DNA of 64,000 bases, from the NCBI RefSeq assembly GCF_009914755.1, contig NC_060925.1; one strand, 5' to 3'. Each line of letters begins with the position of its first letter. Position 1 is the stretch's first letter. Below the pieces are notes generated by a model. It was not told the DNA's origin. It worked only from the letters and a program-made list of their open reading frames with translations, and ran no database searches. Shown here in pieces: positions 15,600-34,338 of the stretch. Made by a program: the position numbers and the translations under genes. This stretch comes from the human T2T-CHM13v2.0 reference genome, Homo sapiens.

Positions 15600-16102
15600 T
15601 TGCGTCTCTCCCTTCAGAACGTTGCCTTGATCTGACCTCACTGCACCACCTCCTGCCCTCACCTCCTATCTCCCAGCTCCAGCCAACACAGGCGCTGGCA
15701 GGGATTTCAGGGTTGCCACCTCCAGCCATGCTGCCCTGGGGTCCCTGGAAGATTGGGAGCCCCCGCTCTGCCTCTGTGGCTGCTCTTGCCCCGATTTCCC
15801 ACAGCTTGCCCTTTCATCTCCTCCATGTTTCTGCTACCTCCTCAGCGGACCTCTCCTGACGGCCTTCTCGAAACCGCCATACTGCCCCTGCGCCCAGCTC
15901 TCCTGATCCCCTCTTCTGGATTTATTTTTTTCCAGAACATATACTTTCTGCCTCTCACAACGTGGCACACGTCTTTCAACTATCTCCCCAAACTGGAAGG
16001 TAAATGTGGACAGGGGTTCTGCCAGCACCTACAACTGTGCCTGGCACATTCCAGGGGTTCAGTAAACACTTGCTGAATGAATGATGCATGAATGAACAAA
16101 TG
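15600..16102 (+). mobile_element. L2 3' fragment (boundaries approximate)
   Basis: Ends in cctggcacat...agtaaacacttgctgaatgaatga, typical of the L2 3' end. Confidence 0.55.
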
Positions 16103-16939
16103 ACTACCTGTCCTCAACACTGCTCATACTGAGGCTTGTAAGGTCTACACCAGGTGCCAACAGAGCTTCAGATATGAGGACGGCAATGGTGAGTGCTCTC
16201 CCATGTCAGGACTGGGTACAGGGGCAGGGGAGGCGCCTGGTGCCTCCAAGCAAGGTGGCTCCCCGCCCTCCCTCTGGGCCCTGCTCTATCAGTCATCCTG
16301 CCCCACACTGGAGGGTGGCCAGTGAGGAAGCCCTGCACGTAGGCTGTCCCACAGGACCTGTACTCCAAGTCCCATGGAGCAGGTGAACCTGCCTCCTCGT
16401 AAGCACAGTAGCCACCCCCTGCGCCATCTCACCAGGCTGCAGAGGGAGTGAGGATGCCAGCTGGGCCTGCCTCTGCCTCAGAGCAGCCTCTCCACAGCTG
16501 GTCAATGAGTGGCCTTAAGGAGCTCCTACTTCCAGGGTGGACAGGACTGAGCAGCCCTGGCCAGGTGGGTCAGCTCGGAAAACTCAGCCAAAGCCAGCAG
16601 GAGGCCTGCCCAGCCTCGCTCCTCAAGGGAAGAGGACTGTGCTTTTCATTCTCCCTCAGCCACCCTTGAGTAGCCCAGTGCCTTATCTGTACGTTCCTTG
16701 GCTCCAAAGGCCACATGACACTGCTCTGCTGCCCTTACCCTGCCCTGTGGGCCTAGGCCACTTCCCTCCATCCCAGGCACAGGGCCAAGAACCCAGGCTT
16801 CACCCGTGTGCTGCAGCTGTCTGAGGCCTTGCAGTTCTGGAGAGCTGCGGGGCCGAGGAGAGACTGCGATACAGCAAAACCATGACGGTAGTGGATGCTG
16901 AGCTCTTCTAAGATCTGCCAGGGATGAGGGATCTGTTCA

Positions 16940-17944
<1,005 letters not shown>

Positions 17945-18605
17945 TCACCTGTGCCCGCAGCTCCCCTCAGGCCCAGATGGGAATGTGTCCCTGTGAGACT
18001 AAGCTCATGCATGGGTTGTCTACGTGTGAGGGTTGTGTCTGGGAGTGACAGCTGGGGGGCATGGGTGAGTGAGCCCAGCAGGCCAGGAACCTCACTGGCA
18101 GTCCCTCATGCCACTTCCTGGGTTGGCTGCCCTTTCCTCCCCGCGACAGCAGAGAGCTGGCCACCACCACAGCACCCAGCCCACGAGGGGGCCACAAAGG
18201 CGGGGCAGCTGGAGAGGCCCCTCGCAGCCTGCTTATCGCCTGAGTGCTCAGGTCTTCTCTCAAGGCGCCCCCTTGTGCTTCTCCCCGACTCCTTCAAATT
18301 ACTTAGAAGTTATGAACCCAAAGGCTGCAGGAGAAGGACAGGCCCTTTCCTCGAAGGCCCTCCGGTAGGAGGACGCACAGTCACTGCTGGGAGTCAGCCT
18401 AGACCTGCCATGCGCAGTTACCCCGGCAGCTTCGGATGTGCAGCACCCGTCAGAGGTGTGGAGACAGGGTGTAAATAGCACCCAACCCTCTAGCTGCCAG
18501 GAGGCCGAGTCAGGCAGCCAAGGGCAGAGCTCGGTGGCCCAGCGTGGCTCCCAGGCGCAGGATGGACCAGCGCCCCCCGTCACACCTCGCCAACCCTGGA
18601 CTCAC

Positions 18606-18828
18606 AGCCGCCCGCTCTGCCTCGCGCTCCCGCTCTCGCTCCCGCTCCCGCTCCTTCTCCTTCTCCTTCTCCCGCTCTCGCTCCTCTCGGGCTTTCTGCT
18701 CAGCCTCGCGCTTGGCCTTCTCAATGGCCTCCTCCCTCTTCTTGGCCAGCTTGGACCCGGCCAGAGGCATGAAGTACAGGTCTGTCCGGGCACACGAGTT
18801 GTAGCCCCGGTCCAGGTGTTTGTAGAAC
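18606..18828 (-). CDS. RERE: RERE coding exon, 223 nt ([17 protein letters not shown]...[12 protein letters not shown]); main Arg-Glu repeat
   Basis: cttttctcAG acceptor, GTGAGT donor; lies within ORF 18510..18908. Confidence 0.96.
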
Positions 18829-18943
18829 CTGAGAAAAGCCACAGATCTTGCTGGGAGCTCCTGCCGAGACCCACCCCGGCCCTCCCTCCCACCAGAACTT
18901 GCCCCCACCAGCCCACCTGTGCCTGACCCGTCCTGGAGCCCTA

Positions 18944-20338
<1,395 letters not shown>

Positions 20339-20580
20339 TCAGAGAAGGGAAGGATGGAAGTCCCAGGAGGGCAGAGCCCTGTCTGCTCTGCACCACCAGT
20401 GCCGGACACACAGTAATGTTTGTGCAGATGAAGCAGCAAGCTTGGCTCCGGGACCACAGGTCGTGCCCTGACCCAGCCAGTGTCAAAGGCCACTCCAGCC
20501 CCACCCTAGGAGACAGGGCACGGCCACCAACTAGGGAGAACCCCGGCTGGGGGCTTCTGAAGAAGCATTAGCTTTACTCA

Positions 20581-20769
<189 letters not shown>

Positions 20770-20901
20770 TCAGCCTCAGCAAGGAAATGACGGTTTGCAG
20801 ACACTTTGCTCCCTCATTCTGAGTTCCATCTCCAGGAGCAAAAAGCTCTAGAAGGGTCAACTGGGGCCAAGAAGGAACACGTATCTGGGGGTGGGAATGA
20901 G

Positions 20902-21242
20902 AGCCAGCCCTCTGCACCTGTGGGTTTGCATCCTCAGATTCAAGCAACCATGGACTGAAAATGTAGGCAGGACTGTGATGGTTACATCTATACTGAACGT
21001 GCACACAATGTTTTCTTGTCATTATCTCCTGAACTAGACAGTGGAACCACTGTTTAAACTGCATTTACATTGCACTGGGCAGTAGAAGTAACCTAGGGAT
21101 GATTTAGAGTCTACAGGAGGATGTGACTGGTCACATGCAAACCATGTGTCGATGTATATGAGATTTGAGCACCTGTGGATTTTGGTATCCTGGGCGGTGG
21201 AGGCTCTGGAGCCAATCTCTAATGGATACCAAGGGAGGACTG
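20902..21242 (-). mobile_element. MER2-like TcMar-Tigger DNA transposon fossil in a RERE intron
   Basis: ttttcttgtcattat...gatttagagtct...ggattttggtatcc...ggataccaagggaggactg. Confidence 0.75.
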
Positions 21243-21476
21243 TACTTGGCTCTGGAGGGAGCCGTTCTAACCACTCCCCACACTTTCTGAGAACTTGGGA
21301 AGCTTGAGGCAGAGGTGGCCCCCAAGAGTTGGTGCTCGAGCCCCCTTCTCTAGGCCCCCAGCCTTCGGTCTGCAGCCCCTAGGCCAGGACAATGCTGGTG
21401 TCCAGACAGGCTCCATGAATGAGCTGCATCCTCGTGTCTGAGGGAGCTGATCACGAATACCAGCAAACCAGTTTTA

Positions 21477-21782
<306 letters not shown>

Positions 21783-22546
21783 CTATCAGCCTCTCAGCAA
21801 ATCCCAGACCTTGGCAAACAACAGGCCGCCCTGCCTGTCCCTGGCTGCATGAAGGTCGGTGTGGAGCTCAGGGAAGAGGTGGGGAAATCAGTGGGCTCAC
21901 GCCAGAGGGCGGTTCTCAAACCTAAAGCACTCATCCCAAGGGACTGTCCTGAACAACGTGTGCTGGAAATGAACCACACTTTCTGAGCGGCAGAAAGTCG
22001 CCTGGGGCCATCTTTAAAGCACCCTACACCCTTTCTGTTTATTCCTCATAACCGTCCATTCTCCCAACCAAACCAAATGAAATCAAACACTTGTGGATTT
22101 AATCTGACAGGACAGGAAGTGACCCAAAGAGATGAAGCTGTCAAGTAAAGCAGCTCAGCTCCCCAAGCCGCCAAGCGCTTCAGCATGTTTCTGCAAAGCC
22201 ATGAGGGCTCAGAAGAGATCAGGAGACAATGGTTCTGGCTGGTTGACCTGCTCCCTTCTGAGTGAGCGGGGGCCGGGCTGCCAGCAGCCTCAACGGCATA
22301 CAAGGGGCAGAGGAAAGTGGATGGTCCCACCCACCTGCCAGAAGGGGCCATAAGGGAGGCTGAAGGGAAAGACCCTGTCAGTACCCTCAGCCCCAAACCT
22401 GGAAAAAGCCTCTCCCAAAGTCCCTGGCACATTTCCAACCTAGGAAACAAAGTCTCTTTATGGGAGGAGCTATGCAGTGAGCAGAAAAATGTATCGGAAG
22501 TTTCCAAAACGGGATCAAACATTTAAAAAAAATCACAAACACACTA

Positions 22547-23182
<636 letters not shown>

Positions 23183-23587
23183 CTACCCAAACCTGATGCC
23201 ACCAGCACCATGCAGCCCTGGGCCCCAACACCCCAGGGCTAGTGCTGCCCTGCTCCCCCAAGGCCAGGAGAGGGTTTCAGGGGCATCTGCTGCCCACTTC
23301 AACTTGGGGTGCCCAGGAAAAGCTGGCAGCAAGCTCCTGGGAACTACAGTGTCAACCCCCCAATCCCACTCAATCTGTCCTGCCTACCAGTCAGTATTCC
23401 ATACCGACTGCCAAGCAGAGGAGTAAAGTAAACTAAACATTTCTAACTTTCTCGAATCCCGAAGCACAATGCAAATGTCAAATCAAGTACTGTCCCTGGC
23501 AGGTTTCCAGCTGGATGCATGAAATGTTCAGAACATGGAAGTGCTTGTGCCCCCGCCCCGCCCCAGGAGCGTGACGAGGCCACTTAC

Positions 23588-23680
23588 TGGTGGTGAAGCA
23601 GTGGCGGCAGGCGTACCCCTTCAGCTCCTGCTCACTGTCCTCACTGTCGAAGTCATCTTCACTGGCTGAACTTAGGTCCA
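23588..23680 (-). CDS. RERE: RERE coding exon, 93 nt ([10 protein letters not shown]...YACRHCFTT); first half of the GATA-type zinc finger
   Basis: cgcccAG acceptor, GTAAGT donor; CRHC pair. Confidence 0.95.
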
Positions 23681-24648
23681 CTGGGCGTGGCAGGCACATA
23701 GTGGGGGTGGGGGAGACACCATCATGCTCAGCCAAGGCTGGGCCGGTGGGGTGGGGGGGAGGGGGGAACACCTGTGACCTCTGGCCTACTGCAGGTTCTG
23801 GCCACCAGTCAGAGCGGCTGGGTGCACAGGCTGAGGTAGGACAGTGTCTGCAAAGGACCACTTCGAGCTCCTCAGTGTCAGTCACCAGGACAGAGGGCCT
23901 GTGTGTGAGGCGCCATACCCAAGGGCCTGCCCTGCCACTGATGCCCGTAACGGGTGAGTCTGAACTGGGACAAGCGCGTCCATGCTGCCTCCCTCCCTAA
24001 TACGCCCAGGCAATCCTGAGAAATTCCAACTTCACCGAGCGCCCCCAACCCGTCCTGCTAGGTGATTTCTAGTCGCCTGCATGCGCAACACCGGCGCCCC
24101 TCAGGTTCAGCGTCCCGGGCCAGGACAGAGCTATAAGGCACTTTTGCTACACCCCAGTTTTTTAGGGGTGAGAAGGTGTGGGCTCCAGCATCATTAGATT
24201 GTACATCATACTGGGACCAAAAAGAGGATCTTGGTGAAGCAGGAGGAAAAAGAAGAAAGTGTTAATCTGATCTTCTTACAACCAAAAGTGCAATGAGAAT
24301 TCAAGCAGGACATCAAGTACATCATCTGTCAAATGGAAAACCTTCCCAGGACAAGGCCAAAAACATCCCAGGCCAAGACGTGTATTTTTTGTAAAAACCT
24401 AAGATGATGTTGAGTTTATGAGAAATATTTAAATGTACAAATAATGTTTTAAAGTCTCCCTCCTGAATCCTTGTCCTGCTCCCCGCCCCCACCATCGGTC
24501 TATGTTTAGGTCAGGCTTCACACATGCACTGGAGCACGGGTGCACACCCCCTCATGCTTCCCGGAGCCATCAGCTCCTACGGGCCCAGAGTGGGACAGGC
24601 TGCCCGTGAACAGTCTCCCCTCCGCCCACTGTGATGCCAAGACCCCTA

Positions 24649-25089
<441 letters not shown>

Positions 25090-27028
25090 TCAGACCCCAC
25101 CGCTGTTGTACACATGGGAGGTACACATCATCCACAATGGACGAAAAGGAGAGAAGATTCCTGCCCACGAGGAGCTTACATTCTAGCTGTGTGTGCACGT
25201 GAGTCTGTGCATGTGTGTGAACACAACGATGCTTTCTTTACAGTAATGCCAGTGAAATCACACAGGTGTGAGAAGGAAATGCCCGGCCAGTTAGACTCCC
25301 CCAGAAACAACCAACCAACCAAAGCAAACTGCCCAGGTGGTGAGGAACCAGGGCCAAACAGAAGGTGGGGAAGAACAGAGACCGCATGCTCAGGAAACTG
25401 CTCCACAGCCTCCACCTGGCTCCATCTGAAGGCCCACATCTGACATGCCGGCACGACGTCCAGAGGCAAGGACTGGGCTTGGCAAAGAAAGACTACAAGA
25501 GGACAGACACACAGTGGTGCTGATGCAAAGGTGAAATATCACACACCACAAGGTCAGGCTTCTTTTCATGGCCCAGCAGAAACAAAAGCAAGATACCTTT
25601 TTGGAAATATAGCAAATGTAAGCTTTTTAAAGAAAGGGCACTTTGGGCACCCCCAGCCCTCAGGGCGCTGCAGGCTGCCATCTCACCCTACACACAAAAG
25701 ACGATTTCTTAAACATCCCAAGATAAAGTCTCTTTACCTAGAACTGAAAAAAAAAAACAAAAAAAAAAACAAAAAAAAAAAACCCAAAAAACAAACACAG
25801 CCAAGTGAGAGAGCACAGATCACTTGGTTTCCCTCTAATTAAATCAACACTGTAGAAAGTCTATTAGCTTGGCGACTAGATGCTGGGAGTTGTCTTGGAG
25901 GTACCTGCACCCTCACTTTGTCTCATCAAACACTGTCTTGTGAATGGAGGAGGCAAAAAGAGAGAGGGGAAAGTGAGAGAGGGGGATGGAAAGACTAGTG
26001 TTGGAAGGACTAAAATAGACAAACCAAACAAAGACATGTAGCTGCCACATGACAAACTCACCCATCAGACCAGATTTCATCCAAAACACCCCCAGAGGAA
26101 ATGGCCTCAGAACACAGTGACAAGAGAGGTGGGCAGATTTTAGGTGGTGGGGTGGCTTCCGCAAGGCAGGGGATGCCGTGCCTTGAGTACTTGACTGCCC
26201 ACAGCTGCATCTTATGCCTGGGCATTTTTGTAAGAAGTGGGACCACGGCTGCGGTCCCTAAAGGAGGGCTGGAATGCCTTGAAGGAGGGCTGACTGGCCT
26301 ATAAAGCCCATCACATGTATCTCCTGGAGCACTGGACGTGTCTCAACCTCCCCAAGCACTTAACACTTAACAAATTACTCCTGATCACCAATACCTAGCA
26401 GATGAAGCATAACCCCAGGCCAGCAGGGCCAGGGAGCCATCTCGGGACAAGCACACTCATGTCCCTACACGTATGTGCATGTGCCCACCCCTCGGTTCCA
26501 TGAGATGGTAACTGAATGATAAGGAGAAATGCAGATACTGCCATTGGAATTTCTGACTGGCTCCTCTCCCCCATGCTAGTCTAGGAATGCGAGCTACAAC
26601 TGTCCCAGCGGGCATGAGCATCCTGGCCCCTAAGGTCATGATCTGTGAACCTCCTAGCTCTTTTCACTTCCTGCTTTCCAGACTTGGAAATGCATTTATC
26701 TATACTGATCCTTGGGTGTTGGCTAGACGGAAAAGATTCGTAAATCCCACTAGGGGGTTACAAGATCACTGCTGACATAAACGCTGACTTGTGTCTGGTT
26801 TTCCTCTGAGAAAATATGGAAGAGAAATCAAGGCAGGGAGCAGTCACACTCCAAATGCTCTGTCCAAGGTCATGCTTCATGAGCTCAAAAGGGCAACTGG
26901 TGCTGTGATAAGTCACAGCTCAAATTCCAGAGCTTGAAAGAAGAATGAGAAAAAACTCACAGTGGTTCCTTCTACTTCCTCAGTCCAAGTCATTTTAGGG
27001 GCTACTGAATGATAAAAGCTTGGGATGT

Positions 27029-27367
<339 letters not shown>

Positions 27368-27582
27368 CTATACGAGACAAAAGGGACCAAAAACGGGAGA
27401 GAAAAATCGAGTGAGAAGGTGGTACCTGAGCCTCTGCCATGCCTTCAAGTCTTACCTGAAGGCTGTTAAAAAGCAGCAACCTGACTTTTCTAAATAGCAT
27501 TTGTCTATAATGCAATATTGCTACACACAGTTATAATCAATTATTTCTATTTATCAAATATATATGTTTTGAAATGGCTTTA

Positions 27583-28057
<475 letters not shown>

Positions 28058-28307
28058 GAACACTTAAAAACAAGAAGCCAGAGTTCAGTGAGGTAAGAAA
28101 CTGCCCCATGCCAGACAGAAAAAAGGCTTAACTTTCAAACCTTTGCTCCTGGCTTCACTGATCTCTGCCAACAAGTGAAAAAAATCAAGACCCAAAAGAA
28201 AGAAATCTAACATTGAAATCAACATCAACTTTTTGTTGACACTTAAAGAAGAAGTAGTCCAGAACAGATTTCACCATCTGAGTGCCAAGGATGAAAATGA
28301 CCAGGCA

Positions 28308-28354
28308 ACTGGTTTCTCTTCAAATCGAATAAATCTTTCGCCTTTTACTAAAAA

Positions 28355-28385
<31 letters not shown>
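28308..28385 (+). pseudogene. 3'-truncated U5 snRNA retrocopy with poly(A) tail and 15-bp TSD
   Basis: CTGGTTTCTCTTCAAATCGAATAAATCTTTCGCCTTTTACTAAA matches the 5' half of U5, including invariant loop 1 GCCTTTTAC (28340-28348). A-tail 28350-28385. TSD GAAAATGACCAGGCA at 28293-28307 and 28386-28400. Confidence 0.92.
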
Positions 28386-28469
28386 GAAAATGACCAGGCA
28401 GGAAGGACTGTCCTCCACAGCAGTGAAGTCACAGGTGGTAAGAACGGTAAACTTACAATTCAGGAAGGT

Positions 28470-29360
<891 letters not shown>

Positions 29361-31345
29361 AGAAAAACAACAACAAATCCAGGCCGGGTTTTATTAGCTG
29401 CCTCTCAACCACTGTTATGCCTATCAAGGGATTCAACACTGGAATGAAGCGAGTCTAGGATCGGAAATGGCATATTGGTGACTGCATGGGTGGCAAGGTC
29501 TTGAGCACAAACAAAAGAACATGTCGGGGAAAGCTCTGGTTCTACAAATAGGGAGTGAAGCAGCTAGAGGCCTCGCCAGGAATGAAGTCAATTGAACTTT
29601 AATCAAACATGCATAGTGTGTGCTGCAGAGACCCGCTGCACATAAATTCAGGGAACAAAAGCTGTTGCAGAAATCAATAGCTTACTGAAACATTAACACA
29701 GGCAATCATTAATCAAAAGGCAGCTCCACAAAGGCAGCCTTGCAAATTAGCTCCTGATTTTGCCTGCAAGCAAACACAGAGGTATAAAATGTTGTCGACA
29801 TGAATGGCCTATAATGATCATTTTGCTCCTGATGCTCTCACCTCATCTCACAACAAGGTCTCACAGTCAACATATCTTATGTCTCGGTGCTATAATTGCA
29901 CACAGCATGAGGAACTCAACTGGTTTAGTGCCTGGGCAGAAATGGGAAAGGAAGAGGGCGAAGTCATCTCCAACTGACAGTGTTCCCGGCTGCAGCTCTT
30001 GCCAAGAGAAGTGCTCAAATCCATTGGGCTATATTTAGCAGATTCTCTCTCCTTTCCTTTTTCTTTTGGCGGTGGGGGGGCTAAATTTTTCCCACAGGTC
30101 ATATGCAAAAAGCCTTTGGCAATGACAGGAGCTTGGCTCCTGGACTTAGGAGTCTCTTCCCAGCAGAGGTGTCTTTCCAGGCTATACACTAAGATGGAGT
30201 TAGGAAAATAAGCACCATTAGGTTCCTTTAATTTCCCACAAAAAGAAAAACAAGGGGAAGGGAGTGCCACACATGGAAGAGAGAGGGAAGAAGTAGTAAG
30301 CTGCTTGGCACCAGGCAATCTGGGTGAAGGGCCTTAGGAGAGAAGGAAAAAGCTAAGGATGCAGAGTCAGCTGACTCTGGGCCTAGCGGAGGGACAGCTC
30401 AGCGGCAGCCGCTCCTGCCATCCAGGGGCCTGCTGGGCTCAGGCCACTTTCTCCTCCTCAGCCACCACTTTATTTCTGCCCCCTCCAGGGTTAGGCTGCA
30501 AGTCTATCAAGTTCACACAGACACAACGTAAGACATCAGCACAGGTCTTTAAGAGCTCCCTCCGCCGCCTGGGCAATCTGGGCTGGAGCAACAGGGGCCG
30601 GGGCTGCCTACCTCCTAGAGGCTGCCTGTACCCATTTCAGGTATTAATACTGGTTCTGCTGTTCTGGCCAGGCCCAGTTCTGCTTTATCTTGGGTAAGTG
30701 ATAGGCAACCCGACCCAGGGGCCAAGTGGGTGCCCCTGTGTATGTGCATGTGTGCACAGATGTGAGCAGGGTCTCCTCCCAGGCTTTCCAACAGGCCAAC
30801 TTACCTGTGCGCATTTGGTAAACTAAACACTATCCACCAACACAACTGCTATTTAATTTCCCACAGGCAGTGGAATGCTACGGGAAGAGAACCTGTAACC
30901 TGTCCTGTGATAAGCCACATGTCTTCTCTCTCTTTAGGGGCATGGGGGAGTGAAAGAGTAGAAGAGATTGTTGAAGAAGAAGGCACTGGAAGCATTTTGA
31001 CTATAAAAGGCTCACTCGTAGCAAGCATGCCTGTTTCAAACAGTATGGGGCCCAGCTTCTCTTCTGCCCGAGCCCAGCATGAACTGCTCAGACAGGATCC
31101 TCTGAGAAGCTGACATGGAGGCAGGAGAAGGTTAAATCAATGGTTTCTGCTGTCCCATATTAGAAGCATAAGGGTACACCCAAGATTGAGTCCCACTTTT
31201 TTTGGTAATTATATCATTATTACCACATCACCCAAGAAGTCTGGACACTCCCCTGAGGAAGGGGAGGGAGTGCAATAGAAGATGAGGTCTGGAGACTCCC
31301 ACACACGGTATCCAGGGTGTCTGCAGCCTGCCACCTACCATCAGG

Positions 31346-31347
<2 letters not shown>

Positions 31348-31383
<36 letters not shown>
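31348..31383. repeat. (GT)18 microsatellite
   Basis: Direct reading. Confidence 0.95.
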
Positions 31384-31386
<3 letters not shown>

Positions 31387-34338
31387 AAATTAAGCCAAAG
31401 AAGGACTCAGTCCTTTGTAAATAACCGTATGCGCACCCCCTTTCGATTCAGTTCACAGAGAACAGTGAGAATCTTCCACTGTCACAACACAGTTTTACGA
31501 CCAACAGCAAAGAATGATGAGGACTGCTGGCCTTACGGCTATGTTAAGGAAGGCCCTGGAACACCAGTTTCCTGCCTCCTTGCCCATGCAGACAGAGGGG
31601 AGATACAGGCAGGCAGGCATCTAAACCAGATCCCTGCAACGTCACATATGCCCAGGCTCTGGCCTTGTGCCACTAGTGAGGGTCAGCTGCAGCTCCTTTC
31701 TTTTTCACAAACGAAGTTTCCAATGGGCACCCTTTCTGGGCCATGCATCGCCCACTAAAAAGGAGGGGGCAGTCGGAGAGAAGGGGGATGAGGAGGCAGG
31801 CCTGGAAGCTTCTCATGGATAACAGGATTATAAACACAATTTCTTTCCGAAGCTATTTCACAGGTCTTCGAAGCCCACCTACCACTGTCAGCTGAGCAGA
31901 CTGTAGTTACGTGATGGGACAGGAGCCAACAGGGGCAGGGCTGCTGAGTGCACATCCTTGTACGCACCTGACCCCATCGCAGAGTCTTAGAAGTAAGCAT
32001 TTAGAAGAAATCATTTTAATTCTTTAAGACACAAGATTATCTGTTCCTATGGCTAAACAAATATTTTAACATGAATACAGAAGGAGCAGCTAAATAATCT
32101 CTACACAATGCCTTAACTCTCGGTGCTAATGTGCAATTAGAGTCAGAATGTTGTTCCCCTGCTTAAACTTTTGTTTGAAAAAATGCCCCACAGTGAGCAT
32201 CTGGCTCCTTCTTTGGTGGTCCACGTAAAGGGGATGAAGAAATCCACCCCTTCCTTACTGAAGTGGAGAGATCTAAAACTTTTTTTTAAGGTATGTTTTT
32301 TCAGGGAGAAATCCCAGCAAGCAACAAATAATAAAAAACAAGGCCTCAAATTATGTAGGGCAGAGAGGGAGAAAGAAGCATGGTGTAGAGCTGCTTCCTA
32401 AACCCGGGCCCAGAGAGTGACCCAGGCCATGAGGAAAGAGCTGTGGCCCTGAGAGCCGGTCCCAGGAAGTCTGCATGCGACGCTGTCCCCTGAAGAGCTG
32501 CCCTAACTGGAGTGCTCCAACGCTGCTGCCGAGTGCAGTCAGGAACATTTCCTGGCATGGAATCCTATGCGAGTCATTCTTTCCTTTCCCTCCCCAACGA
32601 TTCAAGGGCTGGATCTGACAACTGTTCAGAACATCTGAGGTGAGAAGCCGGGCACTGGGCAGAACCAGCAGCGATATTCAGGAGCAGCCACCTTCTACAG
32701 ATCTTTTTCCAGGAGGCAACCGGTTGTCTTCCAGTAACAACTCTGGTAATTAAAGCACTGTTCTCCTGGGCTCCTTCTTTTGTTAACCAACCGAATCCTC
32801 TAATCCCTAAAGGAGCCTGGCACTGTCAGCGGGCTCTGCTGCTAATCGTTAAATATCACCTCTGTGGTCTCTGAGTGCAGCAGGGAGAATGATGATCTGC
32901 TTGAAGGCACACGCAGAGAAGTGGAATTCTGAAATCTCAGCCTCCTACGTTCAAGAGGCCGAAGGGCTCTGATCTAAACCGCCACCCACGAGGAAGCCCA
33001 CAGTGAGGAGGCAGCTGCCTCCAGGCAAGGCAGTCCCTCGGTGCCACCTCCAGATCCTCTTCTGGGGAAAGGCAAAGGGAAAGGAGGGAAGTACGTGAAG
33101 GTCTTGTGGCTTTAACTTGTAAATAGGTGGGGCCAGTCTAAGACACTCATGAAGATGTTCCTTACCCAGGCACCTTTTTATAACATTTTAAAAAATCAGT
33201 TAAAAAAAATTTTTTTTTTACCACTACATTTACCACTCCATTTGTACAGTGCAAAGGAACTGCAATAGCTCAAGATTTCTGCCAACACTGAACACTGTAA
33301 TGAGATTTCCTAAGCTCTGTGTTGTTCTGGTGGATGAACTCAGCCATTTGCTAATCCCACCCTGGCCCCACACCTCCACTCAGACGTCTGGACCTGAGGT
33401 CCTGCCACAGCTCTTCCCTGGGCCGGCCCTCCCATGCTGCACACAGACCAGGTGAGTCTTCCCAAAGCCCCGCTAGTACCTTGCCACTTCTTCTCCAAAC
33501 GGTCAAAGGTTCCTCAGGGCCTAAGGAACAAAGGCCCAGCTGCTTGACTACTTCTTCTGAGACTTTCTCTGTGTTACCGGAAGACTTTTCTACCATATTC
33601 CTTTCTACCATATTCCCCCGCCTCACGGCCTTTGGCTTATGTCAAACACAATGGCCAGTTTTCTGTTCCTCAGCACTCTCCTGCCTGCTGGGTGAGCCCC
33701 TGAGCCCCATACCACCCCCACCTCCTCCTCTGTCCAGGCCCTGTAGTCCTCCTCATCACTCAGGACTCAATTCATCACATTTGCTGCCTTCTTCTCCATG
33801 AAGCCTTCCCTTCACTTCACTCCCCCACCACTGGATGGCATCATACAGGTTTCACTCCTACATCTTTTCATTCCCGCCTCTGTGCTGGCACAGACAGGCT
33901 TCCCTGTGCTGTAACCATACATGGGCCCACCCAACTTGCCAAAGTACGTGCTATCTCATCTGTGAGTACCCCACAGGTCTAAGACAACATCTTGAATAAG
34001 TATTCAGTAAACATCTGATGAAATGATTATTTCTGGAGAATTAAAATTCACCTGAAATTAAAAGGATAAAACTTTTGAGAAATGGATACCGAATTGCCAC
34101 TTTCTTATTTTGCCATGTAAGGTCATTAGAAGTAACTGCCTCCTGATCTCATCATTATTTTGTAAAAGAAATGACATTTTATCTCCAAAAAAGTAAACAG
34201 AAAAAGTTCTTTGATTACATTTACTGTTAGGAAAAATGGCTACATTTATTTCTTATGGGCCAGTGAAAACGCAATCCACATGCCGATGTTTGGAAGTGGC
34301 TGCTCTGAAGGTGAGTATCATGGAATGGTGGCTTAGGA

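Noticed and set aside
28309-28352. Functional U5 snRNA gene
   Set aside because: Lacks the first nucleotides, the Sm site, the 3' stem-loop and any recognisable snRNA promoter; it has a poly(A) tail and TSD.
31348-31383. (UG)n TDP-43 cryptic-exon element
   Set aside because: On the RERE sense strand it reads (CA)n, not (UG)n; the same applies to 59072-59104.
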